A DNA stretch of 64,000 bases, taken from positions 36,089 through 100,088 of the forward strand of contig JACRNJ010000010.1 in the NCBI GenBank assembly GCA_016219285.1, written 5' to 3'. Made by a program: the position numbers and the translations under genes. Positions within the stretch are counted from its first letter, which is position 1; every line of letters begins with the position of its first letter. The notes under the pieces are model-generated. The model saw only the letters and a list, made by a program, of their open reading frames with translations, had not been told where the DNA came from and made no database searches. This DNA is from Deltaproteobacteria bacterium. GTDB taxonomy: Bacteria; Desulfobacterota; GWC2-55-46; UBA9637. This document shows positions 9,044 through 18,191 of the stretch, piece after piece.

Positions 9044-10546
9044 ATGAAACGAATCATTGCATTGTTTATTATTTTATTTTTTGCCTTTCCTCTCGCATCC
9101 ATAGCAGGCGCGCCTGCGTGGTGGACACAAAAGAAACAAGAGTGCGGATTGCCTTCAAGTCTTGCTTACAACACATGGGAGTCGCAAGGCTCGCCGTGCA
9201 ATAAAAGCGGTAGTTCATCAAGCGGTAGTACGTCGTCAGGGGACTTGGGCAAGGCTCTCGGTCAGGCGCTTGGCAATGCGATAGCCGATTCGATACGCAA
9301 AAACAGGGAAGAGGCTGCCAGGCAAGCGGTAGAAGAGCAAGCCCGGGCCGCAGAGGAAAGCCGTCGCCAAGAGGAAGAGACGCTCAAATGGCACGAGGAG
9401 ATGAAGAACCGGCTCCTCGGCAACATGATGGGCGTCGGCGACTCATCACAGCTTGGCCTCATGGGTGCCGATTCCGGCTCCGGGCTTAGCCTGATGACCG
9501 ACGACCTTCAGGTCAGGGAAACCAGCGGCGCCTTTGGGCAAAAGGAATTAAAACCCATCATAGGAGACGATCAGACCACCTCGATCCACGTTGACACTTC
9601 GGTCGTGGATTTAAGCGACACGAGCTTGGCCGATGCCAACAAGGCTTTGATGAGGCATCAATGGGCTATGTCGATCGACCCGCGTTATATGGATGATCCG
9701 GCGGTACAACAATACATCCGCGACCTCTGGAAGAACGCTTCCTCCAAGGATGACGCAGAAGCAAAGATTAAATCAATTCTGGAGGATCAATTAAAGGTAA
9801 GCGGTCTGACCAAGCAACAGGTTGACGATTTTTTTGCCACATTCGACACATTCGTTACAGGACAAGGTCCCATGCCAAAAGGGTGGGGCAATGCGTCAAA
9901 GCTTGCGCATGAAATCGACGCCACAATAAATAATGACGCGTTGCAGAAGCCTTACTACGACACATTGTCAAAATCCTTGGGGAAAACCAAGAATATCAAG
10001 GCAGATGTTTCGTATATGGGAACTGGCCCGCAAACCTCGGAAGATTGTGTCCTGCATGCCATCTCAAATGGCGCGCAAGTGCCTTTGGCTCAAGTGAAGG
10101 CTCAGTTGGAACCCACCCTGAAAAGTCTGGCTATCGCCCGCAGCGAAGTTCGCAAAAACCCTGATCTTGCCGTCACCTCTCAGGACAAGGGCGGAACCGG
10201 CGGGCTGAATATTTTCGAGGAGATACTGATAGCCAAAAAAGTGGGCAATGTCATCGCGGTTCCCGATAAAAACTTTGCCAAGGCGATTGAAAGCACGGGC
10301 AGACCGGTCATTACCTCAGTCTTTATTGATGCCTATGACAAAAAAAAGAACCTCGTGAATATCGGCAATCACGAGGTTGCCGTCACGGGTGTTTATCGCG
10401 CGGAGAATGGCAAGGTCTACTACTCCGTTATGGATTCCAACTTAAAAAAGTATGCCAACTATACGGCGTATATAGAAAAGACAGATTTTGAAAATCATAT
10501 GTTATTTGGCGGTGGCTACGTTGTGATTCCAAGCGAAAAACATTGA
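9044..10546 (+). CDS. Secreted protein with Ser/Gly-rich and charged coiled-coil-like N-terminal half and a C-terminal papain-fold (C39-like) putative cysteine peptidase domain
   Basis: ATG 9044 after aggagg. Signal peptide MKRIIALFIILFFAFPLASIAG. Candidate catalytic residues are Q-x4-C (PQTSEDCVLHA), H (IGNHEVAVTGV) and D/N (SVMDSN), in the order and spacing style of C39/papain-like peptidases. Confidence 0.45.
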   Translation: MKRIIALFIILFFAFPLASIAGAPAWWTQKKQECGLPSSLAYNTWESQGSPCNKSGSSSSGSTSSGDLGKALGQALGNAIADSIRKNREEAARQAVEEQARAAEESRRQEEETLKWHEEMKNRLLGNMMGVGDSSQLGLMGADSGSGLSLMTDDLQVRETSGAFGQKELKPIIGDDQTTSIHVDTSVVDLSDTSLADANKALMRHQWAMSIDPRYMDDPAVQQYIRDLWKNASSKDDAEAKIKSILEDQLKVSGLTKQQVDDFFATFDTFVTGQGPMPKGWGNASKLAHEIDATINNDALQKPYYDTLSKSLGKTKNIKADVSYMGTGPQTSEDCVLHAISNGAQVPLAQVKAQLEPTLKSLAIARSEVRKNPDLAVTSQDKGGTGGLNIFEEILIAKKVGNVIAVPDKNFAKAIESTGRPVITSVFIDAYDKKKNLVNIGNHEVAVTGVYRAENGKVYYSVMDSNLKKYANYTAYIEKTDFENHMLFGGGYVVIPSEKH

Positions 10547-10611
10547 ACTGCTTTTAAGATAGCAGGGTGGGCTGTGCCCCACAGTTTTAAAGGTTCACTA
10601 AGATTTCTCTA

Positions 10612-11359
10612 TTGCTTCTCTTTGCCACGGCTCTACTCTTCGCCGGGTGCGCTACGCCACTCATGCGCGCTACAGAGAGAGGCGACATAAAAGAGATGGA
10701 GAGGCTAATAGCCGCAGGCGTGGATGTTAATCGCGAGGGACAGAATACCGAATTTGGTGGGGCAACAGGGTTTACGGCGTTAGGGAAAGCCTTGGAGAAA
10801 GGGCATGTTGAGGCCGCCCGTCTCCTCATTGAAAAGGGCGCTGACGTGAATGCAAAGAAAGGAACTCGCTGTGCTTCTCATTTCCAAAGGCGCGGACGTA
10901 AATATGCAGGATTACTACGGCCATACCCCGTTATATTATGCTAAAAAACGTGGTCACACCTCCATTGTCAGTCTCCTTGAAAAGGCAAAGACTATAAGTG
11001 CCGTGACAGACCCAAGCAGCCCCGCTGAAGAGGCGGCATTTACAGAGGCAGCACGAAGCTACCGTGCAGCTACAGTCAAACCAACATTGCCTGAGGAAGC
11101 TCGCAAATTCAAGGTTCAGGCGGAGTTTGCCTTCAGTAAAAAAGAGTTTGCTAACGCGGCTGAACGCTATAAAAAGGCTCTGGACATGGCCCCGTGGTGG
11201 CCTGAGGGACGCTTTAACCGCGCCCTCATCCTCGGCGAGCTATCCCGCTATGGCGATGCGATCAGGGAAATGAAGAGGTATCTGACGCTCGTCCCCGATG
11301 CGCCCAATGCCCGCGCCGCACAGGATAAGATATACCAGTGGGAAGGCGAGCTGAAATAG
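10612..11359 (+). pseudogene. Ankyrin-repeat lipoprotein with the C-terminal TPR-like module (paralogue 3), disrupted inside the ANK array
   Basis: TTG start, lipobox FAGCA. The frame changes near 10850-10860. The junction DVNAK/KELAVLLISKGADVN lacks most of one ANK repeat, which suggests a repeat-to-repeat deletion that is not a multiple of 3. The C-terminal module is intact in the second frame. Confidence 0.65.
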
Positions 11360-11520
11360 CTGTTTTCGCCGCCAATTGATGTACGGAACTAAAGGGGACG
11401 GATCTCTTTATTTCACAAATTCGGCATGTGATAATATTTTTGACATATGCCAAGGACTGCAAGAGTAGCTCCAAAAGAGCATGTCTATCATGGGAAAGTA
11501 AAGGGGACAACTTGCCTTTG

Positions 11521-12807
11521 TCAGTTGTGTTCTGCCCCAAACAAATACCAGTCAGGCACAGCCCATATATTTTTCCTGACCTCTGCTATTTCTCTGCCTT
11601 GATATACAATGATTCCCATTTTCGCTTTTCCCCTATGTTCTTTAATAAAGGCTTCTATGTTTCGCCCATCTGCGGATGTTGCTTTGTCATTAGCCTTGAC
11701 CTCAACAGGGATAATGCGCCCTTCACCGGCTATGAGAAAATCTATCTTCCTTCCGGCGCTTGTCCGGTAGAAGAAAAGTTCCAGCTCTACAGGTTGAAGC
11801 TGTTTCCATTTAACGAACTCTGAGAAAACCCATGTTTCATAAGACGCCCCTTTATTTATCGTAATATCCCCAAGTATTGCCCTGTTTAGTCCCACATCAG
11901 GAAAATACAGCTTGGGGCTCTTGATAAGCCTCTTGCCTGTATTCTCAAAGTATGGAGGAAGCAGAAAACACTGGAAAGATATATTGAGGAGGTTAAGGTA
12001 TCGCTTCACCGTATTTACGGCAAGAGAAACATCCCTTGCCACCTCGCTAATGGAAAGGATATTTGCCGTCCGGCTGCAAAGCAGTTTCTGGACGGCGGCA
12101 AACATATCTATATCTGCCACCTGTCCTATATCTGAGATGTCGCGCTCAAGATAGGTCTTGCGATAGTCTTTAAGCCAATTCAGCTTATCAGCAGGTTCTT
12201 TCCTGCTCCAGACAGGAGGATAGCCGCCCCATGCCAGGCTTTTATCCCTGTCCCTGACAAGATTCCTTATCCTGTCCGATGAAAGTGTATAAAAGCCCTC
12301 TGTCAACCTGCCGGGCATCCTATTTTTCTGCCATAATTCAGTCAACAAAGGAGTTCCGGTTTCACCGGTCAACTCATGAAGGGATAGCGGATACATATGG
12401 CACAGGGCTGCCCGGCCTGCAAGGGTCTCTCTGATATTTTTCAGAAGGAGCAATTGAGAAGAGCCTGTAAGGATGAAGGTCTTGCGAATGCCGCCTTTTA
12501 TCTTCCTATGTCTGTCTATCACGAGCTTTAACGGATCGAAAATAGACGGTATCTTTTGCACTTCGTCAAGGATTACAAGGGGCGTCTCAATTGTTTCAAG
12601 GATGGAAACCGCTGCTTTTTGGAAACGGTAACGCTCGTCAGGATCGTCAAAGGAGATATATGTAAAAGGCAGGTCAAGGGCTTCCGGCAATTGAAACTCG
12701 CAAAGGGTTGTTTTCCCGGTCTGCCTCGCCCCGGTAATCACAATAACCGGGTCATGCTTCATACGGGAAGCGATAATCGGCAGGATGTCTCTCTTGAAAT
12801 ATTCCAT
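11521..12807 (-). CDS. AAA-family ATPase with DUF4143 C-terminal domain
   Basis: 428 aa. Walker A GARQTGKTT, Walker B LVILDEVQ. Length and C-terminal pattern match the AAA_14 + DUF4143 proteins common in accessory regions. Confidence 0.8.
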   Translation of the reverse strand: MEYFKRDILPIIASRMKHDPVIVITGARQTGKTTLCEFQLPEALDLPFTYISFDDPDERYRFQKAAVSILETIETPLVILDEVQKIPSIFDPLKLVIDRHRKIKGGIRKTFILTGSSQLLLLKNIRETLAGRAALCHMYPLSLHELTGETGTPLLTELWQKNRMPGRLTEGFYTLSSDRIRNLVRDRDKSLAWGGYPPVWSRKEPADKLNWLKDYRKTYLERDISDIGQVADIDMFAAVQKLLCSRTANILSISEVARDVSLAVNTVKRYLNLLNISFQCFLLPPYFENTGKRLIKSPKLYFPDVGLNRAILGDITINKGASYETWVFSEFVKWKQLQPVELELFFYRTSAGRKIDFLIAGEGRIIPVEVKANDKATSADGRNIEAFIKEHRGKAKMGIIVYQGREIAEVRKNIWAVPDWYLFGAEHN

Positions 12808-12979
12808 GCGGTAAATATATCAATGTCGTTGCAAAATTGCAAGGTAATTTTGCAGAGCAATTTTGCAAATTGAACCCAAATATACTAACTCGCCGCATAA
12901 ATATGCCGCAAATATGCTCTTGATTTTATCAAAAGTAGGTGATAACGTCTTTTTATAAATCCATTCGAAAGGAGTAAAC

Positions 12980-13249
12980 ATGCCTATTATAAAGCCCATT
13001 TCAAGCCTGCGCAATCAAACAAGAGAGATTGCTTCATTATGCCATGAGCAAAACGAGCCTGTCTATCTTACCACAAACGGCGAGGGCGACCTTGTTGTTA
13101 TGAGCATAGAACATTACGAAAGACTCAATGCGCGGGTAGAACTCTTCGGAAAGCTTGCCGTAGCTCAAGCCCAGGCCGCTGCCGGGGAAAAGGGTTTTAC
13201 CCATGATCAGGTGATGAAAAAACTCAGGCAACGTTTGCATGGCAAATAA
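12980..13249 (+). CDS. Type II antitoxin, Phd/YefM family
   Basis: 89 aa. N-terminal IKPISSLRNQ...EPVYLTTNGEGDLVVMSIEHYE pattern. Overlaps the downstream toxin gene by 11 nt. Confidence 0.8.
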   Translation: MPIIKPISSLRNQTREIASLCHEQNEPVYLTTNGEGDLVVMSIEHYERLNARVELFGKLAVAQAQAAAGEKGFTHDQVMKKLRQRLHGK

Positions 13250-13544
13250 ATACATCATTCGTTATCTTCCGGCGGCGGTTGATGACCTTATCTCAATCTT
13301 AGACTGGATTGCCGGCGACAGTCCAGCCAATGCCGCAAAATTTGTCGAAAAACTTGACCGGCGTATCGGCGTTCTCATGACTCATCCGTTTCTTGGCCAT
13401 ATACCAAGGGATGACAAACTCAAAAGCACAGGTTATAGCGTCCTTGTTGTAGAATCCTATCTTGCGTTCTACATTGTTTATGGCAAAACAGTTGAAATTC
13501 ACCGGGTTGTTCATGGCTCCCGCAGTTTGGATGATCTGATTTAG
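13239..13544 (+). CDS. Type II toxin, RelE/ParE family
   Basis: 101 aa. ParE-like pattern (YLPAAVDDL..I..WI........A..F...L...I..L...P..G) and C-terminal IHRVVHGSR. Coupled to the Phd-like gene. Confidence 0.8.
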   Translation: MANKYIIRYLPAAVDDLISILDWIAGDSPANAAKFVEKLDRRIGVLMTHPFLGHIPRDDKLKSTGYSVLVVESYLAFYIVYGKTVEIHRVVHGSRSLDDLI

Positions 13545-13574
13545 ATTTAAAAAGGGGCGATTATAAGAGTAACG

Positions 13575-13868
13575 ATGCTGGTATTAGCGTACACATTCGG
13601 TAACAACCAAATCGCCAAGAAACGCGCGGAAACACTCATCGTTGCCGTCAAGTCTTTCAAAGAAAAACACCACCGATATCCAGAAAAGCTGGAGGAGTTG
13701 ACGCCTGATTTCATAGACCGCGTGCCGAAAGCCAAGGATACCCTCATGTTCAACGCATTCTTTTATAACTCGACTTCGGGAGACCATGTCCTGTTTTACG
13801 TTACAATGCCGCCGTTTGGCCGCAAGGTTTACAGCTTTGAACGTAACGAATGGTTTACTATGGACTGA
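13575..13868 (+). CDS. Hypothetical protein
   Basis: 97-aa ORF in a co-directional gene string. No recognisable motif. Confidence 0.3.
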   Translation: MLVLAYTFGNNQIAKKRAETLIVAVKSFKEKHHRYPEKLEELTPDFIDRVPKAKDTLMFNAFFYNSTSGDHVLFYVTMPPFGRKVYSFERNEWFTMD

Positions 13869-14066
13869 TACTAAAAAAATGGAATGGGTGATTCCACTCG
13901 CGGTTTTGCTCCGAAAATCTTCCTTCTCTGTCATTCCCGCATGTCTCAAGCGGGAATCCAGCCTTTTAAAACAATGGATTCCCGATAAAAGCACTCGGGA
14001 ATGACAACCGGGTTAATTTTCATCCCCCATTGTGAGCCAAGGGCTCATGGATGTTTCATTTAGAGC

Positions 14067-14522
14067 GTGGAGGCACTTATGGCACAAGACCTGTTGCCTG
14101 ATAGACGCTATATCGCCGAACTGACGCGTCCGTGGAAGGTTTTAAGCCTTGCGGCTGGAATGGCTTGGCTGCTATTTGGCGCGCTCAATTACGGCATCTC
14201 CGACTGGGATGTTGGGATAAGCCTGCTGATGGGCGGATTAACCTACCTTTGCGCGCCATGGAGCGTAAGGGTAATACTGCATTACATCAGGATCCGTCCT
14301 TCATATTGGCCGTTGTGGATTGGAGTCGCTGTTGCTGTGGCGCTGTTCGTAATAGACGGAGTTTATGTTTTGTATCACACAATCGTGGGAAATCAGATGC
14401 TTCGGCGCGAAAACTTCTACGCATCAACAGCCCTGTACTTCTTGGCAGGGACGATTTGGCTATACAGGGGTTCGCTCCATAATTTCATTGCCGATTTAAG
14501 GAGATTGAGGTCGGAAAAATAA
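14067..14522 (+). CDS. Hypothetical integral membrane protein (about 4 TM segments)
   Basis: Hydrophobic segments visible (LSLAAGMAWLLFGAL, ISLLMGGLTYLCAPW, LWIGVAVAVALFVIDGVYVLY, ALYFLAGTIWLY). The start may be the ATG at 14079. Confidence 0.45.
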   Translation: MEALMAQDLLPDRRYIAELTRPWKVLSLAAGMAWLLFGALNYGISDWDVGISLLMGGLTYLCAPWSVRVILHYIRIRPSYWPLWIGVAVAVALFVIDGVYVLYHTIVGNQMLRRENFYASTALYFLAGTIWLYRGSLHNFIADLRRLRSEK

Positions 14523-14540
14523 AGATAGAGGGGGATAGGA

Positions 14541-14580
14541 GTAGAATCGTTGGGTTTCGCGCTGCGGAGCCGCAACCTAC
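14541..14580. repeat. GTAG...CTAC REP-like element (single unit)
   Basis: gtagaatcgttgggtttcgcgctgcggagccgcaacctac. GTAG at the 5' end, CTAC at the 3' end, imperfect internal palindrome. Confidence 0.5.
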
Positions 14581-14797
14581 CCCTCCCACCGCAAAAAGCA
14601 AGCATTCAGCAGGGTGTATGCCTGCGCGTCTGTAAACAAATTTTCCTCATAAAGACAATTCAATCATTCAGCCGTTATGCTGCTTCTATACGCCCGGATA
14701 AAACCGGCCAATACTCTCCTGTTGCATTGACAAGAGATGGTATGCTATAAAAATACAGTGAGTAGGTTGGGTTTGCTGACAAATAATGCCATCTTGA

Positions 14798-15112
14798 ATG
14801 AAGACACCTGTTGACATACTGAAACAATTATCTTTAGGAGAGTTTGACTTTACCAGACATGCCTTTAAACGAACGATTGAACGGAATATCAGCGAGATTG
14901 AGATAAGAGAAGCCGGTGAAAAAGCGGAGTGTATTGAAGATTATCCTGATGATAAATATTCGCCGAGCTGCCTGCTTTTGGGTTTTACAAAATCCGGGAG
15001 ACCATTGCATGTACAGGCGTCATACGCTGATACGGAATTGGTAAAAATCATTACGCTCTATGAGCCTGACGAAACTGAGTGGACTGATAACTATTCAAGA
15101 AGGAGGATGTAG
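14798..15112 (+). CDS. DUF4258-domain putative toxin
   Basis: 104 aa. The FTRHAFKRTIERNIS...DYPDDKYSPSCLLLGFT..GRPLHV pattern is typical of DUF4258. Followed 2 nt later by a YgiT-type zinc-finger gene. Confidence 0.7.
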   Translation: MKTPVDILKQLSLGEFDFTRHAFKRTIERNISEIEIREAGEKAECIEDYPDDKYSPSCLLLGFTKSGRPLHVQASYADTELVKIITLYEPDETEWTDNYSRRRM

Positions 15113-15114
15113 CC

Positions 15115-15360
15115 ATGTTTAAATGTCATGTATGTAATTCAGCGGAATTCAGAGAAGATGTTGTTGATGAAATTTTTGATATTGAAGGCAAGCATGTTTT
15201 GGTTGAACAAATTCCTGCAAAGGTTTGCGGAAGATGCGGCGAGATGACCTTTAGCCGTGAAACAACGGAAAGAATCAGACGTTTGCTTCATGGAGAAGGG
15301 AAGACAAAGAAAACTATAACCATTGATGTTTTTGCTTATGAAACATCAATGGGCTTTTAG
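15115..15360 (+). CDS. YgiT-type zinc-finger (MqsA-like N-terminal domain) putative antitoxin
   Basis: 81 aa. CxxC...CxxC (CHVCNS ... CGRCGE) with the family-typical spacing. Confidence 0.7.
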   Translation: MFKCHVCNSAEFREDVVDEIFDIEGKHVLVEQIPAKVCGRCGEMTFSRETTERIRRLLHGEGKTKKTITIDVFAYETSMGF

Positions 15361-15363
15361 ACG

Positions 15364-15400
15364 GTTGAGTTGGTTTTTCAACCCAACGGTTTATTTAAAG
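15364..15400 (+). terminator. Possible terminator hairpin after the toxin-antitoxin pair
   Basis: gttgagttg-gttttt-caacccaac (8 of 9 pairs) followed by a T-rich tract. Confidence 0.4.
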
Positions 15401-15445
15401 TAATTATAGCCTGAAGGCAAAAGATAAAAGGGAGACTTTAACCAC

Positions 15446-18184
15446 ATGATAGGCACAACGTTAAAAAAGATATTCGGAAGCAAAAATGAGAGGGAACTGA
15501 AAAAGATTCAGCCCATCGTTGAAAAAATCAACAGCCTTGAACCTGATATGCAGAAGCGGGCGGATGCTGAATTGGCGGCGTTTACGCCGAAATTCAAGGA
15601 GCGGCTTAAAAACGGCGAAACATTGGACGATATTTTGCCTGAGGCATTTGCCGTTGTGAGAGAAATGTCAAAGCGGAAACTCAATATGAGGCACTTTGAT
15701 GTCCAACTCATGGGCGGGATTGTTCTGCATCAGGGAAAGATTTCAGAGATGAAAACCGGCGAGGGAAAAACCCTTGTGGCAACATTGCTGCTTTATCTGA
15801 ATGCGCTGGAGAGCAAAGGCTGTCATCTTATTACGGTGAATGATTATCTGGCAAAAAGGGACACGCAGTGGATGGGGCCGCTCTATCACAGCCTCGGTTT
15901 GTCTGTCGGAGTCATACAGCACGATGCTTCTTTTCTCTATGACCCGGCTTATTCGCCAAAGGATGAACGGCTCTTTCATCTGAGGCCGTGCAGCCGCAGA
16001 GAGGCGTATCAGGCAGATATTACCTACGGCACAAACAATGAATATGGTTTTGATTATCTCAGGGATAATATGAAGTTCTCCCTTGAAGAGTATGTTCAGA
16101 GGGAGCTTAATTTTGCGATAGTTGACGAGGTGGACTCTATCCTCATAGATGAGGCAAGGACGCCGCTTATCATATCAGGCCCTGCAGAGGAATCAACGGA
16201 TAAATATTATACCATTGACAGGATAATTCCCGGACTTGCAAAAGATACACATTTTACAGTTGATGAAAAGGCAAGACAGGTTATTCTGACCGAAGAAGGG
16301 GTTGAAAAGGTTGAGCGGCTTTTGAATATAGAAAACCTCTATGACCCGCGCCAGATTGAGACACTGCATCATGTAAATCAGGGTTTGAGGGCGCATGTGC
16401 TCTTTCACCTGGATGTTGACTATGTTGTGAAGGATGACCAGGTTATTATCGTGGATGAGTTCACCGGAAGGCTCATGCCGGGAAGACGTTGGAGCGACGG
16501 GCTTCATCAGGCAATTGAGGCAAAGGAAAAGGCAAAGATAGAAAACGAAAACCAAACCCTTGCAACGATTACATTCCAGAACTATTTCAGGATGTATAAA
16601 AAACTTGCAGGCATGACAGGGACAGCAGACACAGAGGCGGCCGAGTTTCATTCAATTTATAAACTTGAAGTGATGATTATGCCTCCCAACAAGCCAATGA
16701 GGAGAGATGACAACCCTGATTTGATTTATAAGACTGAAAAGGAAAAGTTTAATGCAGTTATAAGAGAAATAGAGGAGTGGAGTGAAAAAGGGAGGCCGGT
16801 ATTAGTCGGCACGATTTCCATAGAAAAGTCTGAAAGGCTTGCCACTCTTCTGTCAAAACGCGGCGTCAAACATCATGTTCTAAATGCAAAGCACCATGAA
16901 AAAGAGGCGGAGATAATATCGCAGGCAGGCAGGGTCGGCGCTGTGACACTCTCAACCAATATGGCTGGAAGGGGAACAGATATTGTACTTGGCGGAAACC
17001 CTGAGTCAATGGCAGCGCAAAAGGCTGGAAAGGACGACACCACAGCGGAATATAAATCCGCGTTAGAGGTTGCTCGCAAGGTTTGCGAAGATGAGAAAAA
17101 GCAGGTTATTGATTTGGGCGGTCTGCATATCATAGGCACGGAGCGGCACGAGTCGCGCAGAATAGACAACCAGCTTCGCGGGCGCGCAGGGAGGCAGGGA
17201 GATCCTGGTTCGTCAAGGTTTTATCTGTCTATGGAAGATGACCTGCTGCGCATATTTGGTTCTGACAGGATTTCTTCCATCATGGACAGACTTGGCATGG
17301 AAGAGGATGTTCCTATTGAGCATGGCCTTGTCAGCAAGGCAATAGAAAATGCCCAGAAAAAAGTAGAGGCCCATAACTTTGATATAAGGAAGCACCTCCT
17401 TGAATATGATGATGTAATGAATCAACAGAGGGTGGTTGTCTATAAATATAGACGGCAGATCCTTGCGCAGGAAGGCCTGAAAGACATGGTAGCCGATTTT
17501 ATTGACGATATGGCTGAGGAGACTGGATTTACATACGTTGATGAAAAGACACACCCTGATGAGTGGGATACTAAGGCAATAAAGGATGCTGTTTACAAAC
17601 AGTTTGATGCGCAGCTTGATGATAAGCTGTTTGAGGAGATCCAATCACGGGATGCCTTGATAGGCCTTATTTCGGATGAGGCAAAGAAGACATATCAGGA
17701 AAAGCTAGGAGCAATAGGCGCAGAGTCATTTAAGCATCTTGAAAAGATTGTAATGCTTCATACATTGGACACACTTTGGAAAGACCATCTTCTTGCAATG
17801 GACCATTTGAAAGAAGGCATAGGGCTTCGCGGTTACGGCCAGAAAAATCCTTTGCAGGAATATAAAAAAGAAGGGTTTGATCTTTTTCAAGACATGATAT
17901 TCAGGCTGAAGCAAGAGGTATGCGAGAGATTGTTTAAGGTTCAGATTGCGCGGGAAGAACAAGTCTCAACCCTTGAGCCGGTAAAAAGGCCGCAGAGTTT
18001 TGTGTTGAGCAGAGGGGAAGAAAATCAGTGGCAAAGGCCTGCCCCTGCAGGCTTTAAGCAGGGGGCAATGGACAAGGGGCAGGAAGAAAAGCCAAAACCC
18101 GTGCATGTTGCGGAAAAAGTCGGCAGGAATGAACCATGTCCGTGCGGGAGCGGGAAGAAATATAAGAAGTGCTGTGGAAAGTGA
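15446..18184 (+). CDS. secA: Preprotein translocase ATPase SecA
   Basis: 912 aa. MKTGEGKT Walker [21 protein letters not shown]-terminal zinc finger [15 protein letters not shown]. Confidence 0.97.
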   Translation: MIGTTLKKIFGSKNERELKKIQPIVEKINSLEPDMQKRADAELAAFTPKFKERLKNGETLDDILPEAFAVVREMSKRKLNMRHFDVQLMGGIVLHQGKISEMKTGEGKTLVATLLLYLNALESKGCHLITVNDYLAKRDTQWMGPLYHSLGLSVGVIQHDASFLYDPAYSPKDERLFHLRPCSRREAYQADITYGTNNEYGFDYLRDNMKFSLEEYVQRELNFAIVDEVDSILIDEARTPLIISGPAEESTDKYYTIDRIIPGLAKDTHFTVDEKARQVILTEEGVEKVERLLNIENLYDPRQIETLHHVNQGLRAHVLFHLDVDYVVKDDQVIIVDEFTGRLMPGRRWSDGLHQAIEAKEKAKIENENQTLATITFQNYFRMYKKLAGMTGTADTEAAEFHSIYKLEVMIMPPNKPMRRDDNPDLIYKTEKEKFNAVIREIEEWSEKGRPVLVGTISIEKSERLATLLSKRGVKHHVLNAKHHEKEAEIISQAGRVGAVTLSTNMAGRGTDIVLGGNPESMAAQKAGKDDTTAEYKSALEVARKVCEDEKKQVIDLGGLHIIGTERHESRRIDNQLRGRAGRQGDPGSSRFYLSMEDDLLRIFGSDRISSIMDRLGMEEDVPIEHGLVSKAIENAQKKVEAHNFDIRKHLLEYDDVMNQQRVVVYKYRRQILAQEGLKDMVADFIDDMAEETGFTYVDEKTHPDEWDTKAIKDAVYKQFDAQLDDKLFEEIQSRDALIGLISDEAKKTYQEKLGAIGAESFKHLEKIVMLHTLDTLWKDHLLAMDHLKEGIGLRGYGQKNPLQEYKKEGFDLFQDMIFRLKQEVCERLFKVQIAREEQVSTLEPVKRPQSFVLSRGEENQWQRPAPAGFKQGAMDKGQEEKPKPVHVAEKVGRNEPCPCGSGKKYKKCCGK
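18036..18066 (+). repeat. PAGFKQG hairpin element, copy a (in frame in secA)
   Basis: ggcctgcccctgcaggctttaagcagggggc. Identical over 31 nt to the sense strand of the copy at 57089-57119. Confidence 0.85.
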
Positions 18185-18191
18185 TAACAAG

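Noticed and set aside
8171-9102. Long minus-strand ORFs (8171-8599, 8563-9102) opposite the ankyrin lipoprotein gene
   Set aside because: They are antisense to a gene with clear ANK repeats and a conserved C-terminal module. GC-richer DNA gives long spurious antisense ORFs. They have no RBS and no recognisable motifs.
13890-14005. Hairpins cattcccgc...gcgggaatcc / ggattcccg...cgggaatgac and the ORFs covering them
   Set aside because: These are real inverted repeats of a type common in environmental genomes, but they are single local copies in this window. The overlapping ORFs (13584-13994 minus, 13786-14004 plus) are repeat artefacts.
18036-18066. PAGFKQG as a genuine conserved protein motif shared by SecA, ArgJ, LysA and CooS
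   Set aside because: The similarity is at the nucleotide level (31 of 31 and 28 of 30 identities between unrelated genes) and extends to intergenic copies. I therefore treat it as an inserted DNA element.
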